From: Nymphaea colorata
Lineage: Eukaryota
DNA: 64,000 nucleotides
Reading direction: 5' to 3'
NCBI RefSeq assembly: GCF_008831285.2
Contig: NC_045138.2
Span: 39,618,001 to 39,682,000 of the forward strand
Positions 51,338 to 64,000 of the stretch are shown piece by piece (the first letter of the stretch is position 1; each line of letters opens with the position of its first letter). The position numbers and the translations under genes are program-made. Under the pieces are notes generated by a model. It ran no database searches. It was given only the letters and a program-made list of their open reading frames with translations, and was not told where the DNA came from.

Positions 51338-54300
51338 TTAGAAGGCAACTTCTTATGACGTGTTGTCGTGTGATTATATTTGACAACTGATTGTTAAATT
51401 TTAAAATAATATTTAATATATACGATGTTTCTTGGAACATAAGCATGGTTTTTTTTAAATTATGTGTCCTATAATTATATATTCTAAGAAAACATTTTTT
51501 TTTTTTTTACCGAACACCAAATAAAAGTAGTAGAGCATCTTCCTAGATGCTTAGGCTGAGGATAGGCGAACTTTGCATCAGTTTTTGCCAAGAAATCTCA
51601 CCTTTGCTATTGAGTTAGATGTTGTTGGCTATGTGTACTGTCTGATACGGGTTAACACAAGTATGATAATGGCAATATTGATTGAATTATTGTTCTTGAC
51701 AAATTTGATTGAATTATTGATTGTCTTCAACTTTAACACTGCCTATGTCACAAAATAAATTTCATATATTTATTAAATATTATTAATCCAAACAGCTAGT
51801 AACCTTCCTACTTGATCTAAAGAGAAAGGTTCGATTCCAATTTTGATGTGAATTGAAATCTATCATCTCTTAGCACAATATTTGTCCTTCATCTAGGCAA
51901 AAAAATGATTGACTGCAATGTTTTTGGCCCTTACCTTATTCTATTGCTGCCTTCCATAAGCTTCCATCGAGAATATGACATAAAACTAAATAGTTTAGTT
52001 ACGGTGTTCATTGACCTATTCGACTCCCCTCGAAGTCGTAACTGCTTACATACTTAAGCAATATTTGATTCGATTAAGAGAAGAACGCAAAATAATTTGC
52101 CATTATGGAGACGATGCAAATTGAAATGGTTTCATTCTCAACTGTCGCAACAACAAAATTTGTCAAAGTAAACGAAATACTTTATGCATCGAAACATACA
52201 TTAGTGACCCCACTTGTTATTTTCAATCCTCCAACACCTGGTATAATTTTGTGGCTGAGCTGCTCTAGACCCAATATCCATGATAAAGGATGGAAGCTAC
52301 GTTAACATAAAAATCAATGAAGAAGAGGGTAAGATTCTGCATTAATGAAAGATAATCGATCAACATGGAACTTTATTGGTGAAGATTAGTTGAATCATTC
52401 TACCATTATTCAAAAAATCAAATCGATCTAGTCGACTGGACATCTAGGTGTAAAGCACTGTTTCGGTATCGGCCGCGAGAGCCGGGCGAATCAACTCAAT
52501 CAGTTATGAATCAACAAAAGATATTGTTATGTACCTTTTTATAGGCCGATGAATCAAATTGTTTTGCCACCAATTCGATTCGAATGGGCCGATTCATAAA
52601 AACACGACCAGTTTGGATAGAAGATAGGTCGTGCTAGTAGGTCAACCTTGATTAATCGATAAAATATATACCATGACTATATAATTAAATAAAAAGCCTA
52701 ATAAGCCATTTGACAATAGTAATAGCATGTTATTGTTTTATGTATCTGTCCCAAATATTAGAGCAGGTTCATGAAATATTGTAATACAGTGTTCCACAAA
52801 TAGAAAATATTGTAATACAGTGTTCCACAAATAGACAAGGTTCGTGCCAGGCGAACCCATAACTTTTGCGCTCGAAAAGTGCCAGTAAATTCATTGCTCT
52901 ATTCTTGTTGTTGTGATTAGAAGTTGAAAGAAAAGGTTTGCCTCATCTTGCTGGCGTTAAATTAGATTTTCTTAAATTTGATAGCAAAGATTGAGCAATA
53001 TGTTAAATTCCAAGACATAAATGCTCAATCTCTCCATGGAATTCCATGTAACTATCAAGCTGATCAAGAACTTGAAGATCTCACATGAGATTAATCAACT
53101 CTTGAGAAGGCGAAAGGCCTTTGAGAGCTAAATAACTTTAGCCTTTGCATTTATTTAACCTTAGTTTCCATTGACTCAATTTGAGTTCATATTCTCTCGA
53201 TTCTCTCAAGCACCAATTTGGCGATTGAATATTCTTAACATTTCTTTACTTGGCATAAAACCGAAAAGTTGGCTCAGTGATCTCAAAATTATATTTGACC
53301 TTCTCTCTCTAGAAGTAAATGGGCAGCTTTAACTTCCCACTTTATTGCGGACTCAATTACCAAGATGTTATTTAATGTTTATTCAAAAGTTTTCAAACCA
53401 AGGAAAATCCCAATAAAGTTAAGAAAAAAAGAAAAATCGGAAGCAAGGAAGAACCAAGTTGGTGCAATGAATTCCAAGTTGAAGCCTTATAATTAATGGT
53501 TTGATTAGATAGTGTGGGACCAAGAGGTGCATTATTGAGCTTGGGCTGTTTTGTCATCAAATGAATAGTAAAATAATACTATGAAAACCATATTTTATAT
53601 GACGAATGATAAGGCAGCCTCATTATTTTGCGATGATCGTGACATCATGGGGATAAGTCTATCAGAGACATGTAGGGCCCCCATTTACTTCATCAATCCA
53701 ACAAATAATTCACCAAAAAAGTCTCCTTTTGTTAACTTATTGTTCATGATGTTGCATCTTCAACCACCCAACCAGGGCAGCCACATTTTTCTTCTTTTTT
53801 TTTTTTTTTATACAGGTTTGTTTATACTTGCTCTATCATGAACATAAAAGAATCCTTCTATGTCTCAACTCTCAACATTCAACTCTCTCTCTCTCTCTTT
53901 ATATATGTATACATGTCAAAAAGTAACTTTATGAAAAGCGAATGACATTTTAACTTTTTAAAATTGATAAAACTACTCTTTGTATGACAGGTTCTTAAGT
54001 CATCTAATCAAACAATCAGATATGGTTTCTCTTTATGTTCTAAGTGTAGTCCTTTAATATGGTTTTGCGTATTGCTCTCGATCTTTTACACCTTCAAGAC
54101 ATTATTTTTTCGCTAGAGTGTGCTAAGGTAATAGCAGCTAATAGGATAAATACAATAAGAACTCTTATAACCTTGTCTATAGAAAGAGAAGTTTTCTCTA
54201 CCCTCGTAGTTGAAAACTACTTTAATGATACTCATTTTTCGAAGGTGGATCTCACGAAACAAATCATATATATGGATGCAAATCTTGGTCTTCGAAGAAC

Positions 54301-55804
54301 TTTGAGCTAATCAAAAAAATATGATGTTCTATTAATAGCTTACAAAGTCCGATCTAAACATCAAGAAAATTGTTTCTTTATAACGTTTCCATATTATTAA
54401 ACATGGACACAAACGTCCAAATGGCTAGGTTTACAAAAGTTAACTTGACCATGTGAATTTCAAAATATAAATCTAATCAAGTAGGTAGGTTTTTCATGTC
54501 TATAAATGTAGGGATAAAAAAAAATATGATTTTTCATTATATAAATTGGATACTATGACGTTTAAAATTCAGACATTATTGGCTTGGCGTATTATAAAAT
54601 ATGATATACAAAATGAGAATTCATTGTTATTCATCTCTTCAGATTTACATGTATCTTAAAGATAGAGTTAAAGAACGATAAACCTTGTTTATGTAGTCTT
54701 AACATGATTTTTCACGTAATTAGTCTAACTTTCTATAATCTTATAATCGATTTAGTAGAGAATGTATCCAAAGCAACGACTTGATGATAAAAAAAAAAAA
54801 AAAAAAAACAAGTTTGACTTTCTTGCAGATTTTTCAGACCAATCGACAATCCGCATATTATATATCCATTTCATGTAGTTTGTCTGCCATCTTTTAGTTG
54901 ATGTATCATGTAAAATTTCAGCTTGTGGACTACAACTCATTTAGTGATATGTAAGATTCAACTCCAAAAGCATAGACAAGGATATAATATATCCGTAACA
55001 CATTGACATTTTTTAGCTTATAAATATTATGAGGTTCAGAACATGGTGAAGACTGCATCCTAAATACATCAGTGCGGTCGTGTTGAGTTGACAGTATCTT
55101 TAGCTCAAAAATTCATATCTCTATGGCCGCAAAATCACGGAATGAGGTGTATAACTTTGTAAACAATTTATTCCAATTAAATGTTTTTCGGGTCAGGTTG
55201 AGTGTCTATAGATACAGACCACATACATACATACACACACATAATATATATATATATATATAAGATTGATAAATACTAGACCACTTGGGTAAGGGATAAA
55301 AACTAGACCTCTTAAATTTGTCTTAAGTTTATTTTAAACAAAGTGTGAACCTTTTAATGTGATTATGTTTCTGTACAGATTATTTTTGTAAAAAAATGAC
55401 ATTTTTACTATCGAAATTTTGGAGCCGTTCATTTTTTAATTATTAAAAAATATTATTATAGTAAAAAATGACTAACTTAATACATGTTTATTACCAAAAT
55501 ACTCTTAAGATCATATATATAAGGTTAGATTGCAAAAAAGAAATGTTTTAATAGTTAATTTTAATGGGTTTGGTTTTTTGCCAATTACCTAAGCGGTTTA
55601 GTTTCTACTAACTTTCCTTCACTCATGAGGCCGTCTAATTCATTAGGATGGATGGTTCAAAGAAAAATAATGAGAAAAAGGTGATAGTCATTTTCATCAT
55701 CAAGTCAGTTCATACATTTTTCTCTCATCCGTCCACAGTAGATGAAATGGTCCTTATGAGTGCGATGAATGATTCTAGATAGTCAGAGTCACTATTCAAT
55801 TTAC

Positions 55805-55942
<138 letters not shown>

Positions 55943-57161
55943 GAAAGAGAGAAAGCGGAAGATGATTTTATGGAAAAACAAAACTACAATTATGTCTATA
56001 GAAGTGCTTAACTAAACACTCAATTGTGAAGAAACTCAAATGTTGTAAGATAATTTTCGACAAATCGAAGCGAGCCGAGCAAAGGGTTGATATGTTCATC
56101 CATTGAACCCCAAGCCAAAAATACATATGGATTCAGGCTATCCATTGCCAGCTTGAATAAAATAAGATGCTAATTGGAGCTAATTGCTTCAGTGATCAAA
56201 CCCTAGCCAAATATTTTTGCATTCGCCAATCCTACCAAGCAGCAGATTAGATCTGGTTTCGCTAATTAATCAGGTATTTAACCCATCCCTAGCGTCTTAA
56301 AAAGAATCTTGCATTTTCTTGGTTGTGACTGTGTAGTCATACTTACTCTCATTGAGATTATGTCAATGGATCATGACTCGGATCAGATGTCTGATCCAAT
56401 GCTAGACATAAGTTGAATATCGGGAAAAAAAAGTTGACATCTGATTAAGAAATTGGATCCGATTTAAATCTAAGGAATGACATCTGATTGGATTGAGCTT
56501 CAGTTTTTAAATATATGTCCTTGGGGATCCAGATTTGAATTCTGATTGGGACTCGGTTTTAAATAAATATCCTACATTCAGTATCCCTATCTTCTGAAAT
56601 TTTGTTCATAATATAACATAATGCAGTTCAGGTTCAGTTGTGCACTTGAAAATCAGATTCAGATGTAAGAATAAAAGTGGGTCCATACCATATTTTGACT
56701 GTGAACTTAAAAATCATATCCAAATATGGTATTGGACTTTTCTTCATTCATAATGGAATCCGATATGGTAAGGAATACATCCGATTCAAATAATTGAAAT
56801 CAAGAAAGTGTTTTCAACATCAGATGTGCATCTAATGTTGTTCAAAACTTACTTCCTTACATCCTTAATGCTGATTATTTTGAATAAAGAAAAAATTGGT
56901 CGGTAAGTTTGCAGCTGGGACAACTTTCTTATCGGAATCAAGTTCAATAACTCGTGAGTTCAAGTAAAAGCAAATGTAAATATCCAAATGCAAATGCATA
57001 TGAATGAATCTGCATTGTGTATGCTTTTTTATTAGTAATTGAATATTGACTGAACGAATTGAATAAGAAGTAATCAAATTTTAGATATCGGCTTACGGTG
57101 TTGAATTATAACGCCGACAACCAGACCGGATGCGCGGCGAACTTGTAGGCAACATGATACG

Positions 57162-58080
57162 AACTGGTTATGAAATGAATGACATTAAAATGGTTTTCCT
57201 GTCCGAATAAAATATAAATATAATGTTAAAGTAATAAAATAAAATAGATTTGATCGCTCTTCAGATCTGTTCGTAATCGTCATCGCAGGCGTCGGCGGCT
57301 AAATTGCTGAATTCAACTTTGAGATTACCAACATCATCAAATTCATCATCGGAATCAGCACCACCATCATTCTCTGGCCACCAAATGTCGAGAGAAACAA
57401 TCCAAAATTTGCTGCAAATTTTTTTAATAGTTCTAAGGGACCTTCAACTCCAAGTTTGAAAGACGTTTAAAATTTCAAAAAAAGTTTTCTACAGAGGCTT
57501 CAGTTCGCCGCATGAACTGATAGAGAGTGTTCAATAAGAAGAGCGTTGTCATGGTACCAATTTGAATGGCGGGGAGAGCAGCAGATTCCTTCTCTCCGTC
57601 GTCACCTTTTCTCACGAGGAGGAGAACTCTTAGATGCATGTCATTTTCTGTCAGTAATTGAATCTTGGTTGAACGAACTGAACGCAAACTGGTTATGAAA
57701 TGAAGAACATTAAAATGGTTTTGCTCGTCCTGAAAGAAATATTAAAATAAATATAACGCTAAACCAATTAAATAGAATAGATTTCATCGCTTTTCAGATC
57801 TGTTCGTGATCGTCATCGCTGCCGTTGGCTAAATCGATGGATCGAACTTCGGAGATTACCAACATCACCAAATTCATCATCATCAGGATCAGCACCATCA
57901 ACATGCACTTGCTAACAAATGTTTTCAAAAAATTTAATTTCCGGAAAATTTTTTAATAGCTCTGGTTCGTAGGAGACCTTCAACTCCAAGTTTGAAAGAA
58001 GTTTAAAATTTCAAAAAAAAAAAAAAAATGTTTTTATACAGAGGCTTCAGTTCGCTGCACGAGTGTTCAATAACAAGAAC
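57162..58080. repeat. Diverged direct duplication, period about 525 bp
   Basis: Shared colinear blocks: AACTGGTTATGAAATGAA (57162, 57687), TTCAGATCTGTTCGT, GAGATTACCAACATCA, ACCTTCAACTCCAAGTTTGAAAGA, ACAGAGGCTTCAGTTCGC. Confidence 0.9.
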
Positions 58081-60386
58081 CCTGCAACACTCTGGTAAGA
58101 GGAGCGGTTGCCAGTATGACCGTATTCCCTGTGAAATTGGGTCTGGATCCTGCCCCATCATGAGCAGATCCACATGAAAATCCAACATAATGTGCTTATT
58201 TGTTAGGTATAAAAAAAAAAAATGATACATGTATTATGTTCCCGAAGATAAAGTACTTCTAACATCATATAGCTTATGAATTATCCAAACTTCTAAGATC
58301 GTATAGCTCAGGACTACGTAGTTCAAAGAATGGCAGGGGACAGCGTGATGTACTGTGAGAGAGCGTGTCCATGATGCCCAAGGAAGGTTTGGATAAGCCA
58401 AATTGAATTAGACAAGGGCTTCTGTCCAGCCAATTTACTTATCAACTCCTTTATCGACTCCAGTTATACTACACTCAGCCACAGTCACCAGGGGTGCGGC
58501 AGAAAGAAAAGAAGACTCACTCAGGTCGACGCGACGCCGGTGCAACCTAGATTCGCACTCAAACCGCACCACGTTTATTTCAGTTTATTTTTTTAACAAA
58601 TTTGATATTATTAATATATGATAATAATAATAATAAATACTTTTACTGCACTATCGCACCTTTTTTTTTTTTTGAGATATGCCGCGCCGGCACCTGCACC
58701 CTCATCCCGCATCTTGGCGACATAGACAGCAGCAGAGCTAGAAATTTTTTTGTTGCAGGAAGTGAAACTATAGCTTCAAGGGCAAAAACATAATTTTTTA
58801 ATCTTTTTTTTTATAAATTGAACTAAACTTTTAAATTTTACATATAAAAATTTAAATTTTTAAAAATCTAAGGGAGGGGGGCATGACCTCTGCCCGCCCA
58901 CGGTGATTTAAAACTTTTTTTAATGTGTTGTTTCTAATAATGAAGAACTTTTCCGTAATATTTTAAAATAAGTATAGTTAAAAAACAACTCAAATCCGTC
59001 AATTCAAATCGAATCAGTGGGTTTATGAGAAATTTTGGTAATTGTATATTTTGATACATATTTTAAAATGATTTCAACAGCATTGGCAAAGTCTGGCTTA
59101 ATGGGTTATGCAAATTGAATTGGTGGCAATTCAGTTCGAAACTGGAAATTTTCCTGTTCTTGTGGGAATACAGTTGTTTGAAATGTAAGTTTTTATTTAT
59201 TTTTATTCAATCGTTGTTCTCATTCCTTAAAACAGACCTTTTAGATTTAAAAAGAGCCGGTTAAGATCCAATATTTAGAAACATGTTACATATTATGTGC
59301 TTATCTTGGCTTGAGGTCCCGACTCTTTCTTTGTATCCATCATTTTTTGCCTCAATAAATAAGCAAACTATGTATGATAGCTTGTATAACAACCCGATTC
59401 ACTTTTGTGTTCTGACCCATAACTTGACGGATTTCAACTCTTTTCATAGCAGTTTCGATTTTAACCCAAAAAATGCTAAAAAACAGAACAATCTTCGATA
59501 AGAGACTAAACATTTGAAGCATTACAGCTTCGAATCATAGATCAAAAATTGCATTAAAATGTGTGTTTTGAAAGATCTTCGGGTTAAATAAATTGAGGGT
59601 CTTATTAAATGCATATTACATCTAAAAAAAACCATATATTTAAGAAGGTCGATTGAAAAGGTGGAGGGGAGAAGTTCGACAAATCACCACGCATATGCAA
59701 TTACTTAAATGCCCATCAAGTTAAGCCTCCATTGTTGTGTTGTCATCTTGAAAAGGGCTTCAAACGCTTTTACTTTTTCTTATAAGGCCTCTATCTTAAA
59801 ACCATATCACTTTGGACATATGGAACTTTATATTGTTTAAGTCAAAATGTGCATGATATGTGTATGTAGGAGAATTCAAGTTTGGATGTTGCCTAATTAC
59901 TATAAAATTAGAATCTGTCACCAAAAAAAAAAAATGTTATAGAAACACTATTGACAATTTACAATAATGATTAACGATGCTTTTTAGCAATGGTTTATAG
60001 TGACCTTGGTCTATTTATCCATGCTATCAAGCATCTCTTAGATATCCTTGGTGTATCTTTTTCATATTTTTGAGCTTTTATTTCCCTAGGTATGTCAAGG
60101 AAAAAATTATAAAAAATTACAATCTCATTTAATATCATTCAAATTTTTAGAGCACAGTTCTATGTTTATGAGAAATATCCCCATGGATAAACACCCTTTG
60201 ATTGAAGTATCATGGTTCTAAGACCATATATCACATGCATTATAGTATGTTTGTCATTGATTATACCCACAACATTGACAAAAGGCATATGATTATGGTC
60301 CATCTTACTCTTATTGTAAGAAATACCAAGTCACATAATGGTAATTTTGCTTAAGCATCTTATGTTATTAGTTATACTAGATTCTA

Positions 60387-60655
60387 AGTATGGGCACCAG
60401 GCCGAGCCGTCGACACGTACTCAATACTCGGTCCCATGGGCCTGAAAGAAAGGGGCACTGGGCCGACCCAAAATATTATTGGGCCAACCTGGGTGGTCCC
60501 GATAATAATTTTTTACTATATATTTTTATCATTTTTTATATAATTATAGTACTTGATTATGCTTTTTAATATTTATATATTATTTTATCATATATATTTT
60601 ATAATTTAATAGGGCCGAGCTTGGGTTTGGATTTAGCCGGCCTGATGCCCAGGTA
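60387..60655. mobile_element. MITE-like element with GGGCC/GGCCC-rich ends, upstream of eIF2-beta
   Basis: Inverted ends TGGGCACCAGGCC / GGCCTGATGCCCA with AT-rich core; a related terminus (GGCCTGACCCAGGTA) occurs near 37685-37700. Confidence 0.55.
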
Positions 60656-61130
60656 GGTATTTAGTTCCAAGTAGTGGAACGGAGCCGTAAGAGGTTTGGT
60701 AGCTAGGTTATGACTTATGTTGGTATACTAAGCACCTGTTCGCTTATTCAAACGTACCATGAGACAAATTTCACCTCCATCTTTGTACAAAGATAGTCTG
60801 GACTATTCATGTTGTGGCAAGGCGGCAACTTGATCAGATCTTAGTTTCTTATTTTGAAACTGAAATTAGATAGGATATTTATTTATCGTTTCACAAATTG
60901 AAGATATGTATTTTTTCTCGCCAATTCACGGAATTGTCCGGTTCTCAAACAACCCATCAAAGACATCTTGTCCCAGCCATCTAATGTCCGGTGTGATATT
61001 TTACCGTGTCGCCCCGTCGTAACTCCGCCAAATCGAGTCGGGCAACGGATCGTCCGCCTGCGTTTATCTTCTTGTTGTTCCTTCACAAACGCAAGGGCTT
61101 CGTGTCATTTTGCCTCGTCCGACTCGGCGC

Positions 61131-61138
61131 TAGGGTTT
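61131..61138. promoter_or_regulatory. Telo-box (TAGGGTTT) upstream of the eIF2-beta ATG
   Basis: Exact reverse complement of AAACCCTA about 75 nt before the ATG; telo-boxes are common in plant translation-machinery genes. Confidence 0.55.
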
Positions 61139-61212
61139 CGAGGGACCTCTTCCATTGCTCTCTTGTTATCGGAATTTTGATTGCCTAGACCGATCTCGTT
61201 TCAGAAGCAATC

Positions 61213-63635
61213 ATGGCGGACGAGGCTCCTGCAGATTTGAAGGAGCAGATTCCCGAGGTTCTCTACTTCCTTTAATGTTTTTTTACATCTTCCCTTGACT
61301 TCATTATTGCTGAACTGGTCATTGGTCATTTGCGTTCCATGTTGTTTGACTTTGATTGGTTCTCTTTCACGAAATCGCAGTAGTTGTTGGGTTCTCTGTT
61401 TCTAGGTTTCCTTATGCGTATGTGGGTTTTCTCTAGATACGTGATTTTTCGTCGACGCTGTTGTGGGTCGATTTTAAACGCTGCTTCCGGAAGCTGCCAT
61501 TCGCATATTTTGGTTTCCTTTTGGTGGATATTGTTTTCCCTGTCCGTTCTTATTTGGATATGTTGGGGAACTGTCCTTTCCGTGTTTGCCGTGGATTTGT
61601 TGATCTATTCGGAAGGATTTAGCTATCTTGGGTTGTGTATTGTGCCGAATACTTTTCTTTCTTTTGTTTATTCGGCGAGGAAGCTGGTGATGAAGGCTTA
61701 TGGTGCCCGAACATGGGGACGTTCAGATGTGATGGTGTAATTTGGCGAGGCAGCCACCCTGTTCGACCAGGTTCGTGATAATGCCACTTCGGTCCAGAAA
61801 GATTGTGCTTTTTCAGCTAGAAACATGGGGGCGATGGAAGTCTTAGTTGTAGATGAAGGAAGGCTTTGCTTGTCATAATTTACTATCATTTACTCAGTGT
61901 CTTGTTCATTGCAATCAGGTATCCGTTGTTTCAAATGCATTTATGGGTTTACTTTTGAACAATGATCCTGTGCTATTAAAATGTTGAAGTCGTAACCTGC
62001 CTCAAAGGCATAAGCCTCTGTATGAAGTTGTGGCCTCTAAACAAGTCATTGAACCTGAAAATTTCTCCCTGGAAAATAAAGTGTTAGTGAAAGGCTAGGT
62101 ATAACTTGAGAAATTGGGCTAATAATGTTAAGGGATTTAATTCGACTGAAAGAATTCCATACAAACATTGCTGAAAGAAATTAAACATAATAAATGCAAG
62201 GCATTGACATGATTTCCTAAAGTACATTAGCATAGAGAGTTCTGTTATTATCTATGTCATGTCAGGGTGATCTGGAGAGGCAAAATATGTAGTCCTTACT
62301 CCTTAGCATTTTCAATCATGGTTGCATTAGATTCTTTAGTTGCCTAGATTTTTTACCTTATATGATCAGGAAAAGCTGAAAAATGAGTTATGGAATAAAT
62401 TGAAAGATGAGAATTTCCAAACAGTGAACATGTCCATTTTCTTGTATTTATATTTTTATCAAAAGATACCCTTAACGCCTTTCCTTGTTCATGTCATTGT
62501 TGCATTCTTAATTTTGTGCTGATGATGAATAGGGTTAGACATTCCATCTAATCACTGTTTTCATATTAAATTGTTATATGTACTAGCATGTAGTTTCAGG
62601 GTAATTTAGAAAAATGGCAGCCGAGTACTGTTTTTTGTGTTAGTATATTTGCTTTTTATATAGGCTTGAAGCTTGTATGTTTTGTTTCTTGAATTCTAAG
62701 TGAGAGTTTGACTTAAAAATTCTTCAAGTTCTATTTGTTTGTATTTATTGGAAATGCCTCCTTGTGCCTCATACCCTTAAAAGTATGGGTTTTAAGAGTT
62801 GCTTTGTGTTGTTTCAGTTTTTTGTCTTGTCAGAGACACTTAAAGTTGTCTTGTTTTCCTTTTTCTCCAGCTTGCTCCATTTGACCCTACAAAGAAGAAG
62901 AAAAAGAAGAAGGTTACCGTTCTAGAACCTACGGATGATGCTGTTGATAAATTGGCTGAGAAAACAGAAAACCTTTCAGGTATGAAAATTGCAATAGCTG
63001 ATAATATTTCTGTCAGATAATGTGATTGATTATTACCAACGAGGCAATGGCTATACAGACTAATGCACTGAGTGCTTTCTGATGCATGCTTTGTAGTTGG
63101 CGAAGGCTTTGATTCAACAACGTTTACTGGGAAGAAAAAGAAGAAGAAGCCTGTGAGTGTACAGGATGGCAGGTTGATTGATAGTTTCTCTTCCATTAAA
63201 TGTTATTCTAATAAACTTTTCTACATGATTCTGAAATGCAGGTTGAAGTTGATCTGTTACTTGATGAGAATGGTGATGCTGGAGAAGATCTTGATGGTGA
63301 ACATTTATCAGTGATCATGTAGTTTTTACTTGTCAACATGGAGATTATTATTGTGCCATTTTCTAATTCTAGTTATAGGTTATGATGTTCTAGGATATAA
63401 TGTTTTGCATTTTAGTATCATGGTGCAAACACCGAGTCATGATTCTGACTCTTCTCCTTTTGTATTCTGCTTTTGAGATGCTGCATTACTTTCTGCATTG
63501 TCGTGCTAATGTTGGTTATTCTTGATTTGTGTGCTTATTACAGGTGGCAATATTGATGAAAATGAAGAAGGAGAAGGGATTGTGTTGCAGCGCTATCCAT
63601 GGGAAGGTAGTGATAGAGATTACAAATATGAGGAG
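61213..63635 (+). CDS. Eukaryotic translation initiation factor 2 subunit beta (eIF2-beta), 3'-truncated by the window. Exons 61213-61257, 62871-62979, 63097-63152, 63242-63296, 63544-63635
   Basis: Exons join in frame through GT..AG introns: MADEAPADLKEQIPE|LAPFDPTKKKKKKKVTVLEPTDDAVDKLAEKTENLS|VGEGFDSTTFTGKKKKKKP|VEVDLLLDENGDAGEDLD|GGNIDENEEGEGIVLQRYPWEGSDRDYKYEE. Poly-lysine boxes and the PWEGSDRDYxYEE motif are characteristic of plant eIF2-beta. Confidence 0.92.
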
Positions 63636-64000
63636 GTATGGCTGCTTTAATCCTCATACTGCTTTAATCCTCAGTACGACATTTTTGGCTTTTACCGTGC
63701 CCATTTCATGGTGATGTGTAGTAAAAAGGATAGATACTTAACCTGTTGCCTTGAGCGCTAGTAAGCAAAGGTCTCAGATTATCAAAAAAGCTGTCTTAGG
63801 CTTTTATTTGTTCCTTTTTGTATCGATAGGTAAATAATGTTGGTATTTGTGCGTATGAAGCAAGGAAAAGTGGAAACATTTACGTTTCAATTGCTACTTC
63901 CAATTCAAGTTCTCACTTGTCATATCCCTTTCACAACAGTAATGAGAACTCAACAACTGATAGTGAGTTAGTTGCTTTAAAGTTTTGATGTGTGAACTAT

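Overview
AT-rich eukaryotic (flowering-plant) nuclear DNA, not prokaryotic. Five spliced protein-coding genes were reconstructed by hand from splice signals and reading frames: (1) the 3' part of an ADNT1-like mitochondrial adenine nucleotide carrier (+, last four exons 295-2977); (2) a complete JAR1/GH3.11-like jasmonoyl-amino acid synthetase (+, 29830-33867, 586 aa) whose second coding intron is GC-AG; (3) a complete MORF8/RIP1-like organellar RNA-editing factor (-, 42448-39551, 425 aa) with a 75-bp tandem repeat in its Pro/Gln/Asn tail; (4) a two-exon TMO5/bHLH30-like bHLH factor (-, 47547-44969, about 268 aa) with a near-perfect 195-bp tandem duplication across the exon 1/intron boundary; (5) the 5' part of eIF2-beta (+, 61213 to past the window end). 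The intergenic DNA holds a decayed LINE fragment, many MITEs (hAT-like and Tourist-like, several with TIRs and TSDs), microsatellites and many short local duplications. I found no tRNA, rRNA, CRISPR array or recognisable conserved miRNA, and nothing I can call a new biological system. The best leads are the duplicated bHLH splice junction, the GC-AG intron, the MORF8 repeat and 3'UTR intron, a cluster of minus-strand splice signals upstream of JAR1, and a diverged ~525-bp duplication carrying an unidentified acidic coding remnant. Gene names come from recalled motifs, not database searches.
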